A stretch of DNA of 32,000 bases, from the NCBI RefSeq assembly GCF_002206625.1, contig NZ_NGUP01000003.1:176968-208967 (forward strand), given 5' to 3'. The first letter of the stretch is position 1. Each line of letters begins with the position of its first letter. The translations under genes were made by a program, and so were the position numbers. The stretch comes from Polynucleobacter campilacus. GTDB lineage: Bacteria; Pseudomonadota; Gammaproteobacteria; Burkholderiales; Burkholderiaceae. Below are positions 24,351 to 32,000 of the stretch, piece by piece. The notes beneath the pieces were generated by a model. It was not told the DNA's origin. It searched no databases and worked only from the letters and a program-made list of their open reading frames with translations.

Positions 24351-25565
24351 TTATGCTAACTTCTCAGCACTTAGCATTGGGGTTATCTTGCTGTAGTGCT
24401 TTTCAATCATCAAAACACTTGTTCCCATTTGGCGCGCCAATGTGTGTATATCTACTCCTTTTGCCAATGCTCTTGTAGCGTAGGTATGGCGTAGGCTATA
24501 CAGCGTTCTTCGCTGTCCTCCACTGTCATACATCAACTTGCTACGCTTCATCAAATTACGAAAGATGTTTTCCATATTGCTAATTTGCTCACCACTCGTC
24601 AGCCTAAATATCAGCTTGTCTAACTTGGCATCTATCAAATCATCCAATGTTGCGTAAGGTAGCTCGTGCCAAAGTATTATTTTCTCTAATACCGCAATCA
24701 CTTCATTCTTAGCAATCAAATAGCGTGGTCCAGTTTTTCCACTCACCCATATGCGTAAGTATTTCTTCTCACCAATCCAATGCCACTGCAAGTGCTTCCA
24801 TCTCAATGGCAATGCTTCTGTGCCGTGTCTAATTCCAGTATTCACGAGAAACTCTATATACGCACCACATAAAATTCGCATCAACCTTGTTCTTGCTGTG
24901 TATGAGCTTTCAATCCAACTTGGCACAAATGCTATCACCTCACTTAGCTCCTCGTCAGTAAATGCAGGACGAGCACGACTTCTTTCACCGTTGCTATCTA
25001 ACATTGGCACAACACGAGTGCTACTGATAACACCAAGCTCTTTTGCTAAATTGATAACACGGATATAGGCAGACGAGTGATTACGCTTAGTGCTTTGCAT
25101 AGGCACCTTGCCCATCATTGCTATACGCCAACTCTCAAAGTCTCTTACCAACTCTGTAGTAATTTTTTCTATCGTGTAATTACCAAAAAATGGAATAAGA
25201 TATTTGTTGATGGCAAATATATAGTCTCTGTATGTTCTCTTACCAACCCCATTAGCCATTGCTTGCGACATATTCGCTAACTCTTCTGTAGCAATTTGCT
25301 TAAATGTTTTTGTCACTGGCGTTAGTCCAGCTTCAGTTTTTATTTGGACTGTTTGATAAATGTATTCAGCATTTGTTATTGCTTCATCTTTATCCTCTGT
25401 GTAAGTTGATTGCGAATGCCACTTGCCATTGGCTAACTTAAATCGCACTTGCCAATGCTTGGTGCTGGAACGCTTATACAGCGTGGCTTTGCCAGCCACT
25501 GCTTTTATTTTTTTATCAGCGTCAGCGTCAACTTGTGCTTTATAGAATTGTTGTAGTAGTGACAT
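24351..25565 (-). CDS. tyrosine-type site-specific integrase (404 aa)
   Basis: The N-terminal part ATLYKRSSTKHWQVRFKLANGKW is typical of an integrase arm-binding region. The catalytic domain has NTGIRHGTEAL (Arg), LYSLRHTYATRAL (HxxR) and MIEKHYSK (Tyr). Confidence 0.9.
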   Translation of the reverse strand: MSLLQQFYKAQVDADADKKIKAVAGKATLYKRSSTKHWQVRFKLANGKWHSQSTYTEDKDEAITNAEYIYQTVQIKTEAGLTPVTKTFKQIATEELANMSQAMANGVGKRTYRDYIFAINKYLIPFFGNYTIEKITTELVRDFESWRIAMMGKVPMQSTKRNHSSAYIRVINLAKELGVISSTRVVPMLDSNGERSRARPAFTDEELSEVIAFVPSWIESSYTARTRLMRILCGAYIEFLVNTGIRHGTEALPLRWKHLQWHWIGEKKYLRIWVSGKTGPRYLIAKNEVIAVLEKIILWHELPYATLDDLIDAKLDKLIFRLTSGEQISNMENIFRNLMKRSKLMYDSGGQRRTLYSLRHTYATRALAKGVDIHTLARQMGTSVLMIEKHYSKITPMLSAEKLA

Positions 25566-25576
25566 ACACGCAAGTG

Positions 25577-25660
25577 TGCTGTCAAAGACATTTTCTCGCG
25601 ACTACATACGCTTGAGAGCGTTGTCGCAAACCCACGAATATGCAACAAGATTGCTGTCAA
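25577..25660. repeat. two direct copies of TGCTGTCAA (TTGACAGCA on the integrase strand) upstream of the integrase gene
   Basis: The 9-mer occurs at 25577..25585 and 25652..25660. These are candidate arm-type sites or -35-containing elements. Confidence 0.4.
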
Positions 25661-25668
25661 GCGGACTT

Positions 25669-25706
25669 ACAGTTTTGCTGTGCTTAAATCAATGTAGCAA
25701 AACTGT
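25669..25706. repeat. 11-bp inverted repeat next to the att repeat
   Basis: ACAGTTTTGCT-(16 nt)-AGCAAAACTGT. Confidence 0.6.
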
Positions 25707-25725
25707 ATTAGTCCTCTATCCAACT

Positions 25726-25766
25726 TTATGAGTCCTCTGCTCTAACCAACTGAGCTATAGGCCCGT
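25726..25766. repeat. 41-bp direct repeat, copy 2 (orphan tRNA 5' half)
   Basis: Identical to 20083..20123. It lies 11 nt downstream of the rpoD stop, and no tRNA 3' half follows it. Confidence 0.95.
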
Positions 25767-25777
25767 TAATCTTTGGA

Positions 25778-28264
25778 TCAATCTTCCTCGAGGAAGGTCT
25801 TGAGTTTGTCACTACGGCTTGGATGACGCATTTTTCTCAAGGCTTTCGCTTCTATTTGACGAATCCGCTCACGCGTTACATCAAACTGTTTGCCCACTTC
25901 TTCGAGAGTATGGTCTGTGCTCATCTCAACGCCAAAACGCATACGCAATACTTTTGCTTCACGTGGTGTTAATGAATCCAGAACATCTTTGACAACGTCA
26001 CGCATAGATTCATGCAGGGCAGCTTCGGCTGGGGCCAAGGTATTGCCATCTTCAATGAAGTCACCTAAATGAGAATCTTCATCGTCACCAATTGGAGTCT
26101 CCATCGAGATTGGCTCTTTAGCAATCTTCATGATCTTACGAATTTTGTCTTCCGGAATCTCCATCTTCAGCGCTAGGGTTGCAGCATCTGGCTCATGGCC
26201 AGTCTCTTGCAAGATCTGACGGCTGATACGGTTCATCTTGTTGATTGTCTCAATCATGTGCACTGGAATACGGATGGTTCTGGCTTGGTCAGCAATAGAA
26301 CGGGTGATTGCCTGACGAATCCACCAGGTTGCATAAGTGGAGAACTTATAGCCACGACGGTATTCAAACTTATCTACCGCTTTCATCAAACCAATATTGC
26401 CTTCTTGAATCAAGTCCAAGAACTGCAAACCACGGTTGGTGTATTTTTTGGCAATGGAGATTACGAGACGTAAGTTGGCTACCGTCATCTCACGCTTAGC
26501 CTCACGAGTACGCTTCTCACCTGCAGTCATCTGCTTATTCACTTCTTTTAACTCTGGCAGTGGAATGACCACACGGGTCTGAATATCAATCAACTTCTGT
26601 TGAAGCTCCTGAATGGCAGGTACGTTACGCTGTAAGAGTGCACCGTAAGGCTTGTTCTCTTTGAGCAGCTTGTCAGTCCAAGTCAGATTCATGGCCATCT
26701 TTGGGAAGTCTTTTAATACTTCACCACGATTGACGCCAATCTTATCTACTAACAAGCTCACAATGCCACGCTCTAGCTTCCATACTTGGTCAACCTGAGA
26801 GCGCATCGTGTCACATAACTTCTCAACACTTTTCGCAGTTAAGCGGAAACCTAACAACTCGCCACGAATCAGATCTTGTGCTTTGATATAAGCAGGACAG
26901 TTATAACCATCCTTATCAAAAGCACGACGCATTTTGTCGGCTTGTGTGCGAACGATGGCAAATTTCTCGAGGGAGATTTGTTTTAACTCTTCAAGCTGTT
27001 TAGCATTGGCTGCTGCAGCAGCAGCGCCACCGCCACCGCCCTCATCATCGCCTTCCTCTTCTTCAGCATTAGGATCAATCTCTGGCTCTTCTGGTCCCAA
27101 CTTAATATCTTCAGCGTTTGGATCTACTAGGCCATCCACAAACTGGTCAATCTCCATCTCGCCAGTAGTAATCTTGTCAACGTTGCTCAAGATTTCACTA
27201 ATGGTAACTGGGCAGGCAGCCAAGGCCATCACCATATCTTTTAGGCCAGCCTCAATCTTCTTCGCAATCACAATCTCGCCTTCGCGAGTCAGAAGATCTA
27301 CAGTACCCATCTCGCGCATATACATACGGACTGGATCGGTAGTACGACCAAATTCTGAATCTACCGTAGAGAGGGCTGCTTCAGCCTTTTCTTCGGCCTC
27401 TTCTTCAGAAGCGGCAGCTTCCGTGTTGTCAGACAGAATTAATGTTTCTGCGTCTGGAGCCTGTTCATAAACAGTAATACCAATATCGTTCAACAAGCTA
27501 ATTAAAGTCTCTAATGCATCAGCATCAGATAACTCATCAGACATTACGTCATTCATTTCACCATGGGTTAAATAACCCTTGGACATACCCATCTTGATCA
27601 AGGTCTTCAAACGAGCACGGCGTAACTCCTGCTGCTCCTCTGTACCCAATTGTTGAGCTGCAAATTCTTTTAAGAGCGCCTTCTCTTTTGCTTTGCGCTC
27701 ACGTGCTTTTTGACGATCCGTTAATACTGGCTCAGCGCCATCAGTAGGAGCCTCTACTTTAGCCTTACGACCGCGCTTTTTCTCCTCCTCAACTACCGGA
27801 GCAGCAACTTCAGCGGCCTTTGCTTTTTTACCTTTAACTTCTTCAACCTTTGCTACTGCAGAGGCTTTCACTTTTTTTACAGGCTCAGGCTTAGCAGCAG
27901 CTTTCACTGGTTTAGCTGGAGCTTTCACTGCCTTCACCGGCTTAACAGGTTTAGCTGCCGCTTTTTTGGCTTCAGGCTTAGGAAGCGCTTTTGCTTTTGG
28001 AGCTGACTTAGCAGCAGCCTTCACTGGCTTAGCTGGTTTGATTGACTTAGCCGAAGGTTTCTTAGCTACTGGTTTTGCAGCAGCTTTTGCTTTTGGAGCT
28101 GGCTTAGCTGGTTTGACTGACTTAGCCGTAGGTTTCTTAGCTACTGGTTTTGTAACAGCTTTTGCTTTTGGGGCCGGCTTGGCAGCAGCCTTCACTGGCT
28201 TAGCTGGAGCTTTCGCTTTTTTAGCGACTGGTTTGACTGGTTTTTTGGTCTTGGTATTAGGCAT
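25778..28264 (-). CDS. rpoD: RNA polymerase sigma factor RpoD (sigma-70) with long A/K/P-rich N-terminal extension
   Basis: 828 aa. Conserved regions are [12 protein letters not shown] (2.x) and [30 protein letters not shown] (4.2). Region 1.1 starts at about residue 215. Confidence 0.97.
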   Translation of the reverse strand: MPNTKTKKPVKPVAKKAKAPAKPVKAAAKPAPKAKAVTKPVAKKPTAKSVKPAKPAPKAKAAAKPVAKKPSAKSIKPAKPVKAAAKSAPKAKALPKPEAKKAAAKPVKPVKAVKAPAKPVKAAAKPEPVKKVKASAVAKVEEVKGKKAKAAEVAAPVVEEEKKRGRKAKVEAPTDGAEPVLTDRQKARERKAKEKALLKEFAAQQLGTEEQQELRRARLKTLIKMGMSKGYLTHGEMNDVMSDELSDADALETLISLLNDIGITVYEQAPDAETLILSDNTEAAASEEEAEEKAEAALSTVDSEFGRTTDPVRMYMREMGTVDLLTREGEIVIAKKIEAGLKDMVMALAACPVTISEILSNVDKITTGEMEIDQFVDGLVDPNAEDIKLGPEEPEIDPNAEEEEGDDEGGGGGAAAAAANAKQLEELKQISLEKFAIVRTQADKMRRAFDKDGYNCPAYIKAQDLIRGELLGFRLTAKSVEKLCDTMRSQVDQVWKLERGIVSLLVDKIGVNRGEVLKDFPKMAMNLTWTDKLLKENKPYGALLQRNVPAIQELQQKLIDIQTRVVIPLPELKEVNKQMTAGEKRTREAKREMTVANLRLVISIAKKYTNRGLQFLDLIQEGNIGLMKAVDKFEYRRGYKFSTYATWWIRQAITRSIADQARTIRIPVHMIETINKMNRISRQILQETGHEPDAATLALKMEIPEDKIRKIMKIAKEPISMETPIGDDEDSHLGDFIEDGNTLAPAEAALHESMRDVVKDVLDSLTPREAKVLRMRFGVEMSTDHTLEEVGKQFDVTRERIRQIEAKALRKMRHPSRSDKLKTFLEED
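28031..28180. repeat. 75-bp tandem duplication (x2, about 92% identical) inside the rpoD 5' coding region
   Basis: Units 28031..28105 and 28106..28180 differ at 6 positions by my alignment. Each encodes a 25-aa KPVAKKP(T/S)AKS(V/I)KPAKP... unit, within a wider low-complexity A/K/P coding tract. Confidence 0.85.
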
Positions 28265-28487
28265 TTATTAGCACTTACTCACATTACTGTTATTGATATC
28301 GACTGATGAAGTACAGCCCCGTAGTCCGCTTGCCCAAAATTTCATCAAAATAAAGCGCAAGTAGCTGAATTAATTCATTTTTTTCTTGGGAACAGAGGAT
28401 TATAGTCGATTGCGACTTTTTTAGCCCCCGATGAACTAAAAATAGTAAGTAGTTTCAGGCTATTTTTAGGGGTGTTTGCGTAAATAC

Positions 28488-30413
28488 TTAAGAGAATTTC
28501 AGCTTTTCGCCTAATTCACGATACCTAGCGCGATCTTGGTCATCGGCAGTGCTGCCAGCAATCTTTTGTGCAATTGCGGTCATTTCTTGTTTTAAATGGG
28601 TCAGTTCTAGCTTTTTAAAGGCGCCTTCTAGATCTGCCGTAGCCCCATCCAGATCCAAGTCTGACCCCATGACTCGATTTCTAAGTACCTCGTATAAGGG
28701 GGCAAGCTCACTGCGTGAGAGTTGGTCTTGGAACATTGCAAAAGCGCCAGCGCCTGCGGTAGCAGACTGATTACCCTCACCTGGAATTAATTCTACTAAG
28801 TCACATTGAGATAAAAGATCTTGCATCAATGAGAGAGCTTTAGTTGATCGCTGTTCTGCAGCCTTCAATGCCAGTGAACGTTTATTGGCGTCTAATGATT
28901 TTCCAAGATGTGGAAACTGAATGATTACACGCAACATTTGCTCTGCTAAATCCGTTGGCGCCTTCGGTGGCTCAATATTTTGGATAGCAACGCGTTTTGC
29001 AGAACCTTTAGATGCTTGCCAAGGTGCGCCCTGCCGATTACTGTTAGCAAAAGAATTTGAATTGATTTGTGATCTAGCTTGTTGTGCAGGAGCTGGTACT
29101 GCTGTTAAACCACAAAATGACTCAAGCTCTGCCGGGGTCGTATTCGTTCGAATCGCGAGCTCACGCAAAATCTGAGTGCGTAATGCAATGGGTGGCATCG
29201 AGAGCAATAATGGTTTGGCTGCGTGATGGGTATGCGCTCTACCCTCTGGAGTAGTGAGCTCGTGGTCCTCACTGACAACCTTAAAGAAGAAGCTGGAGAT
29301 CGACATCGCTTCTTTAATAACCTTCTCAAATGCAGTTGCGCCATAAGCGCGCACATAGCTATCAGGATCATGCTCTGTCGGCAAGAATAAGAAACGAATT
29401 TCTTTATCGTCAGACATCAGCGGCAAACAAGCCTCGAGTGCACGTTGTGCTGCACGTTGACCAGCAGAGTCGCCATCAAATGAGAAAACTACTTTGTCTG
29501 TTTGTCTGAGAAGCATACGAACGTGATTTGCTGTACATGCAGTTCCCAAAGTGGCTACTACATTCGGGAAACCCAATTGCGCCAGCGCCACCACGTCCAT
29601 ATAACCTTCACATACCAAGACATACTCTTGCGCACGAATTGCTTGTCTTGCTTCAAATAATCCGTAGAGCGTGTTGCCTTTTGAAAACAATGGCGTCTCA
29701 GGAGAATTTAAATACTTCGGCTCGCCTTGATCCAGAATGCGCCCACCAAAGCCAATGGTTTGACCTTTGGGATTGCGAATGGGGAACATGATGCGATCAC
29801 GAAAACGATCGTAGCGCTTCACTGGAGCGCCTTCAGACTGCTCTCCCTGAATTAGGAGGCCGCCCTCTACAAGCGTCTTTGCTACTTCATCATTGGTATA
29901 AGAACCAAACACCGACTCGAGTCCTTGCCAGCCATCCGGGGCATAGCCCAAGGCATAACGTTTTGCGATCTCACCGGTCAGGCCGCGACCCTTTAAATAC
30001 TCTACTGCTCTGGTATTGCCTTTGAGTTGTTGGCGATACCAATCTGCTGCTGAGCTCATCACCTCACTTAAGGCCATCGCTTGCTGCGCTCTTGCAACAT
30101 CATTGGCGGTGCGCTCTTCGCGCGGCAAATCTAGCCCTGCAGAGCGTGCTAAATCTTCAATCGCATCCACATAACCAAGACCAGAATATTCCATCAAGAA
30201 ACTAATGGCAGATCCATGGGCCCCACAGCCAAAGCAGTGATAGAACTGTTTAGTAGGCGACACTGAAAATGAGGGGGACTTTTCTGAATGAAAGGGGCAC
30301 AAACCTTGGTAATTTGCACCGGCTTTTTTTAACTTGACGTGCTGCCCAACCACATCAACGATGTCAACCCGATTTAAAAGATCGGCAATGAAGGATTGTG
30401 GAATAAGCGCCAT
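28488..30413 (-). CDS. dnaG: DNA primase
   Basis: 641 aa with zinc finger CPFHSEKSPSFSVSPTKQFYHCFGCGAHG and the Toprim motif EGYMDV. Confidence 0.97.
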   Translation of the reverse strand: MALIPQSFIADLLNRVDIVDVVGQHVKLKKAGANYQGLCPFHSEKSPSFSVSPTKQFYHCFGCGAHGSAISFLMEYSGLGYVDAIEDLARSAGLDLPREERTANDVARAQQAMALSEVMSSAADWYRQQLKGNTRAVEYLKGRGLTGEIAKRYALGYAPDGWQGLESVFGSYTNDEVAKTLVEGGLLIQGEQSEGAPVKRYDRFRDRIMFPIRNPKGQTIGFGGRILDQGEPKYLNSPETPLFSKGNTLYGLFEARQAIRAQEYVLVCEGYMDVVALAQLGFPNVVATLGTACTANHVRMLLRQTDKVVFSFDGDSAGQRAAQRALEACLPLMSDDKEIRFLFLPTEHDPDSYVRAYGATAFEKVIKEAMSISSFFFKVVSEDHELTTPEGRAHTHHAAKPLLLSMPPIALRTQILRELAIRTNTTPAELESFCGLTAVPAPAQQARSQINSNSFANSNRQGAPWQASKGSAKRVAIQNIEPPKAPTDLAEQMLRVIIQFPHLGKSLDANKRSLALKAAEQRSTKALSLMQDLLSQCDLVELIPGEGNQSATAGAGAFAMFQDQLSRSELAPLYEVLRNRVMGSDLDLDGATADLEGAFKKLELTHLKQEMTAIAQKIAGSTADDQDRARYRELGEKLKFS

Positions 30414-30464
30414 TAGGCTAGCAGTATGAAACTGTTTTACTGAGTTGGCTAGTCGCTCAATTAC

Positions 30465-30911
30465 TTACTTGGCGAGTGCGGCTTTTACTAAAGCAGATAC
30501 TTTACCCATATCAGCCTTACCAGCCAATTGACCCTTCAGAATGCCAATCACTTTACCCATATCTTGTGGGCCAGTAGCGCCTGTAGAAGTAACTGCTGCT
30601 GCAACTGCAGCCTCTACTTCAGTATCTGACATTTGGGCGGGCAAGTAGGCTTGCAAGATGGTCATTTCAGCAACTTCGATTGCCACCAAATCATCACGAT
30701 TAGCTTTTTCAAACTGCGAGATTGAGTCTTTACGCTGCTTCATCATTTTTTCAATAATCGCAATCACAGCAGCATCATCCAGAACAATACGGTCATCCAC
30801 CTCACGCTGCTTAATCGCAGCAAGCAATAAACGAATAGCCCCCAGACGTGCAGTCTCTTTTGCACGCATAGCATTTTTCATATCTTCAGTGATTTGATCT
30901 TTTAGACTCAT
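30465..30911 (-). CDS. GatB/YqeY domain-containing protein
   Basis: 148 aa. MSLKDQITEDMKNAMRAKE...RLLLAAIKQREVD is typical of YqeY. Confidence 0.9.
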   Translation of the reverse strand: MSLKDQITEDMKNAMRAKETARLGAIRLLLAAIKQREVDDRIVLDDAAVIAIIEKMMKQRKDSISQFEKANRDDLVAIEVAEMTILQAYLPAQMSDTEVEAAVAAAVTSTGATGPQDMGKVIGILKGQLAGKADMGKVSALVKAALAK

Positions 30912-30963
30912 TGCATTTTCCTGATGTTGAATATATCTCGCTATATAGCTGTAGTTAGCAATT

Positions 30964-31004
30964 CAAAAAACAAAAACCCGCTGCGTTTCACCGTCAGCGG
31001 GTTT
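30964..31004 (-). terminator. rho-independent terminator/attenuator after rpsU
   Basis: On the minus strand: AAACCCGCTG-(11 nt)-CAGCGGGTTT followed by TTGTTTTTTG. This is analogous to the internal terminator of the rpsU-dnaG-rpoD operon. Confidence 0.7.
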
Positions 31005-31039
31005 CAAAGCTTCTCGGTGAAGAGAGCTTTTAAATTCTA

Positions 31040-31252
31040 TTAGTAAAGCTTCTTAGGCAACATTTGGCTGCGAATGCGCTTGTAATGGCGCTTGGCAGCA
31101 GCAGCCTTTTTACGCTTACGCTCAGCCGTTGGCTTCTCGTAAAACTCGCGGGCACGCAAGTCTGTCAAAAGACCATTTTTTTCAATGGTGCGCTTGAAAC
31201 GGCGCAATGCCACTTCAAATGGTTCGTTTTCGCGGAGGCGGACTGTAGTCAT
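31040..31252 (-). CDS. rpsU: 30S ribosomal protein S21
   Basis: 70 aa: [48 protein letters not shown]... Confidence 0.97.
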   Translation of the reverse strand: MTTVRLRENEPFEVALRRFKRTIEKNGLLTDLRAREFYEKPTAERKRKKAAAAKRHYKRIRSQMLPKKLY

Positions 31253-31329
31253 ACTTATTTAACTCGTATATGCTCGATAAATATCGAAAAATTAACTGAA
31301 TTGCGATTCTAGCACGAGCAAACCAAAAA

Positions 31330-32000
31330 ATGATTGTTTTAGGAATAGAAACTTCTTGTGACGAGACTGGGGTGGCTTTATACAACACCACCCCTTGGGA
31401 AGAGGGCAAACCTGCATTTCAGGGCATTTTGGGGCAAGGTTTGCACTCCCAGATCGCTATGCACCGTGATTACGGGGGTGTAGTTCCAGAACTAGCCTCA
31501 AGAGACCATATTCGGCGTGTTTTACCCCTTTTAGACCAATCTTTAAGGCAATCAGGCCTCAAACTGGCTGATATTGATGCAGTTGCCTTCACCCAGGGCC
31601 CCGGCCTTGCTGGTGCCCTTCTAGTGGGTAGTGCATTTGCCAAGTCTCTAGCCCAGGGGCTCAATTTACCCTCCATTGGGGTTCATCACCTTGAAGGACA
31701 TCTACTTTCTCCGCTTTTAGGTCAAAGTGCTCCCCAATTTCCGTTTATTGCCCTGCTCGTCTCTGGTGGTCACACCCAGCTCATGAAGGTTTCTGGCATT
31801 GGCCAATATGAGCTTTTAGGCGAAACCTTAGATGATGCTGCCGGCGAAGCATTTGATAAGACTGCGAAATTATTAGGGCTGGACTACCCAGGTGGCGCAG
31901 CTATTTCTAAGTTGGCAGAAAAAGGACGGCCTGGAATTTTTGATCTACCCAAGCCGATGTTGCACTCTGGTGATTTGGACTTCTCTTTCTCAGGCCTTAA
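31330..32000 (+). CDS. tsaD: tRNA N6-adenosine threonylcarbamoyltransferase TsaD (3' end beyond window)
   Basis: Absent from the ORF track because it stays open to the edge. My hand translation is [19 protein letters not shown]...[11 protein letters not shown]...[14 protein letters not shown]...[14 protein letters not shown]. It is divergent from rpsU, as in many bacteria. Confidence 0.92.
   Translation, partial: MIVLGIETSCDETGVALYNTTPWEEGKPAFQGILGQGLHSQIAMHRDYGGVVPELASRDHIRRVLPLLDQSLRQSGLKLADIDAVAFTQGPGLAGALLVGSAFAKSLAQGLNLPSIGVHHLEGHLLSPLLGQSAPQFPFIALLVSGGHTQLMKVSGIGQYELLGETLDDAAGEAFDKTAKLLGLDYPGGAAISKLAEKGRPGIFDLPKPMLHSGDLDFSFSGL

Larger units (their letters stand above)
20083..25766. mobile_element. 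tRNA-associated integrative island (about 5.6 kb between the repeats)
   Basis: Perfect 41-bp direct repeats, one of them an orphan tRNA 5' half. A tyrosine integrase lies next to one end. The cargo is hypothetical genes, and the sequence looks more AT-rich than the flanks by eye (not computed). Confidence 0.8.

Noticed and set aside
26934-27470. 178-aa plus-strand ORF, with further ORFs at 25890-26499 and 27966-28271
   Set aside because: All are antisense to the strongly supported rpoD gene. Their products are low-complexity (S/A/P runs) mirror images of the rpoD repeats, which is typical of shadow ORFs.
28549-29791. Several 73-88-aa ORFs within the dnaG span
   Set aside because: They are antisense or out of frame relative to the well-supported primase gene.
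31470-31676. 68-aa minus-strand ORF (also 31215-31409 and 31064-31312)
   Set aside because: They are antisense to tsaD or rpsU, which have unmistakable conserved motifs.
1-32000. Scan for CRISPR arrays, rRNA, IS transposases and inverted-repeat-bounded IS elements
   Set aside because: None found. The only regularly spaced repeats are the coding A/K/P repeats in rpoD, and the only recombinases are the two tyrosine recombinases in the island.

Overview
This chromosomal window looks like a low-GC member of the Burkholderiales, possibly Polynucleobacter-like. That guess rests on several Bug-family binding proteins, the overall gene content and an A/K/P-rich RpoD N-terminus. No database search was possible, so all family names come from motifs I recognise in the translations.

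The window has three parts.

(1) 1-20.0 kb is mixed metabolism. It starts with a light/oxidative-stress style gene set (DUF3833 lipoprotein, chalcone-isomerase-like, DCC, DUF2237, HDAC-like), a secreted amidohydrolase and a nitroreductase. A catabolic block of about 10 kb follows: two orphan Bug binding proteins, carboxymuconolactone decarboxylase, a beta-hydroxyacid dehydrogenase, a lactonase, a frameshifted alpha/beta hydrolase, a 2-hydroxyacid dehydrogenase, a class II aldolase, and a FAH hydrolase and an amidohydrolase that both carry Tat signals. Then come a bacterial alternative oxidase translationally coupled to a Cys-rich microprotein, an SDR, a TIGR03643 / FeS-type photolyase-cryptochrome / DUF2256 operon (the 53-aa DUF2256 gene is below the ORF-track cutoff) and an HNH protein.

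(2) 20.08-25.77 kb is a 5.6-kb integrative island bounded by a perfect 41-bp direct repeat, which is the 5' half of a tRNA(CAU) gene. It carries a 404-aa tyrosine integrase, a highly charged 195-aa protein and a second, FimB/FimE-sized tyrosine recombinase. That recombinase sits next to an ORF-free region of about 930 bp that is dense in short direct and inverted repeats. The island also has three tightly packed small ORFs and an outer-membrane beta-barrel gene. This is the most unusual part of the window. My leading hypothesis is a recombinase-operated DNA switch or a large non-coding RNA locus; it is untested.

(3) 25.78-32.0 kb holds the macromolecular-synthesis operon rpsU-yqeY-dnaG-rpoD on the minus strand and a divergent, partial tsaD.

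I saw no rRNA, CRISPR array or IS transposase.
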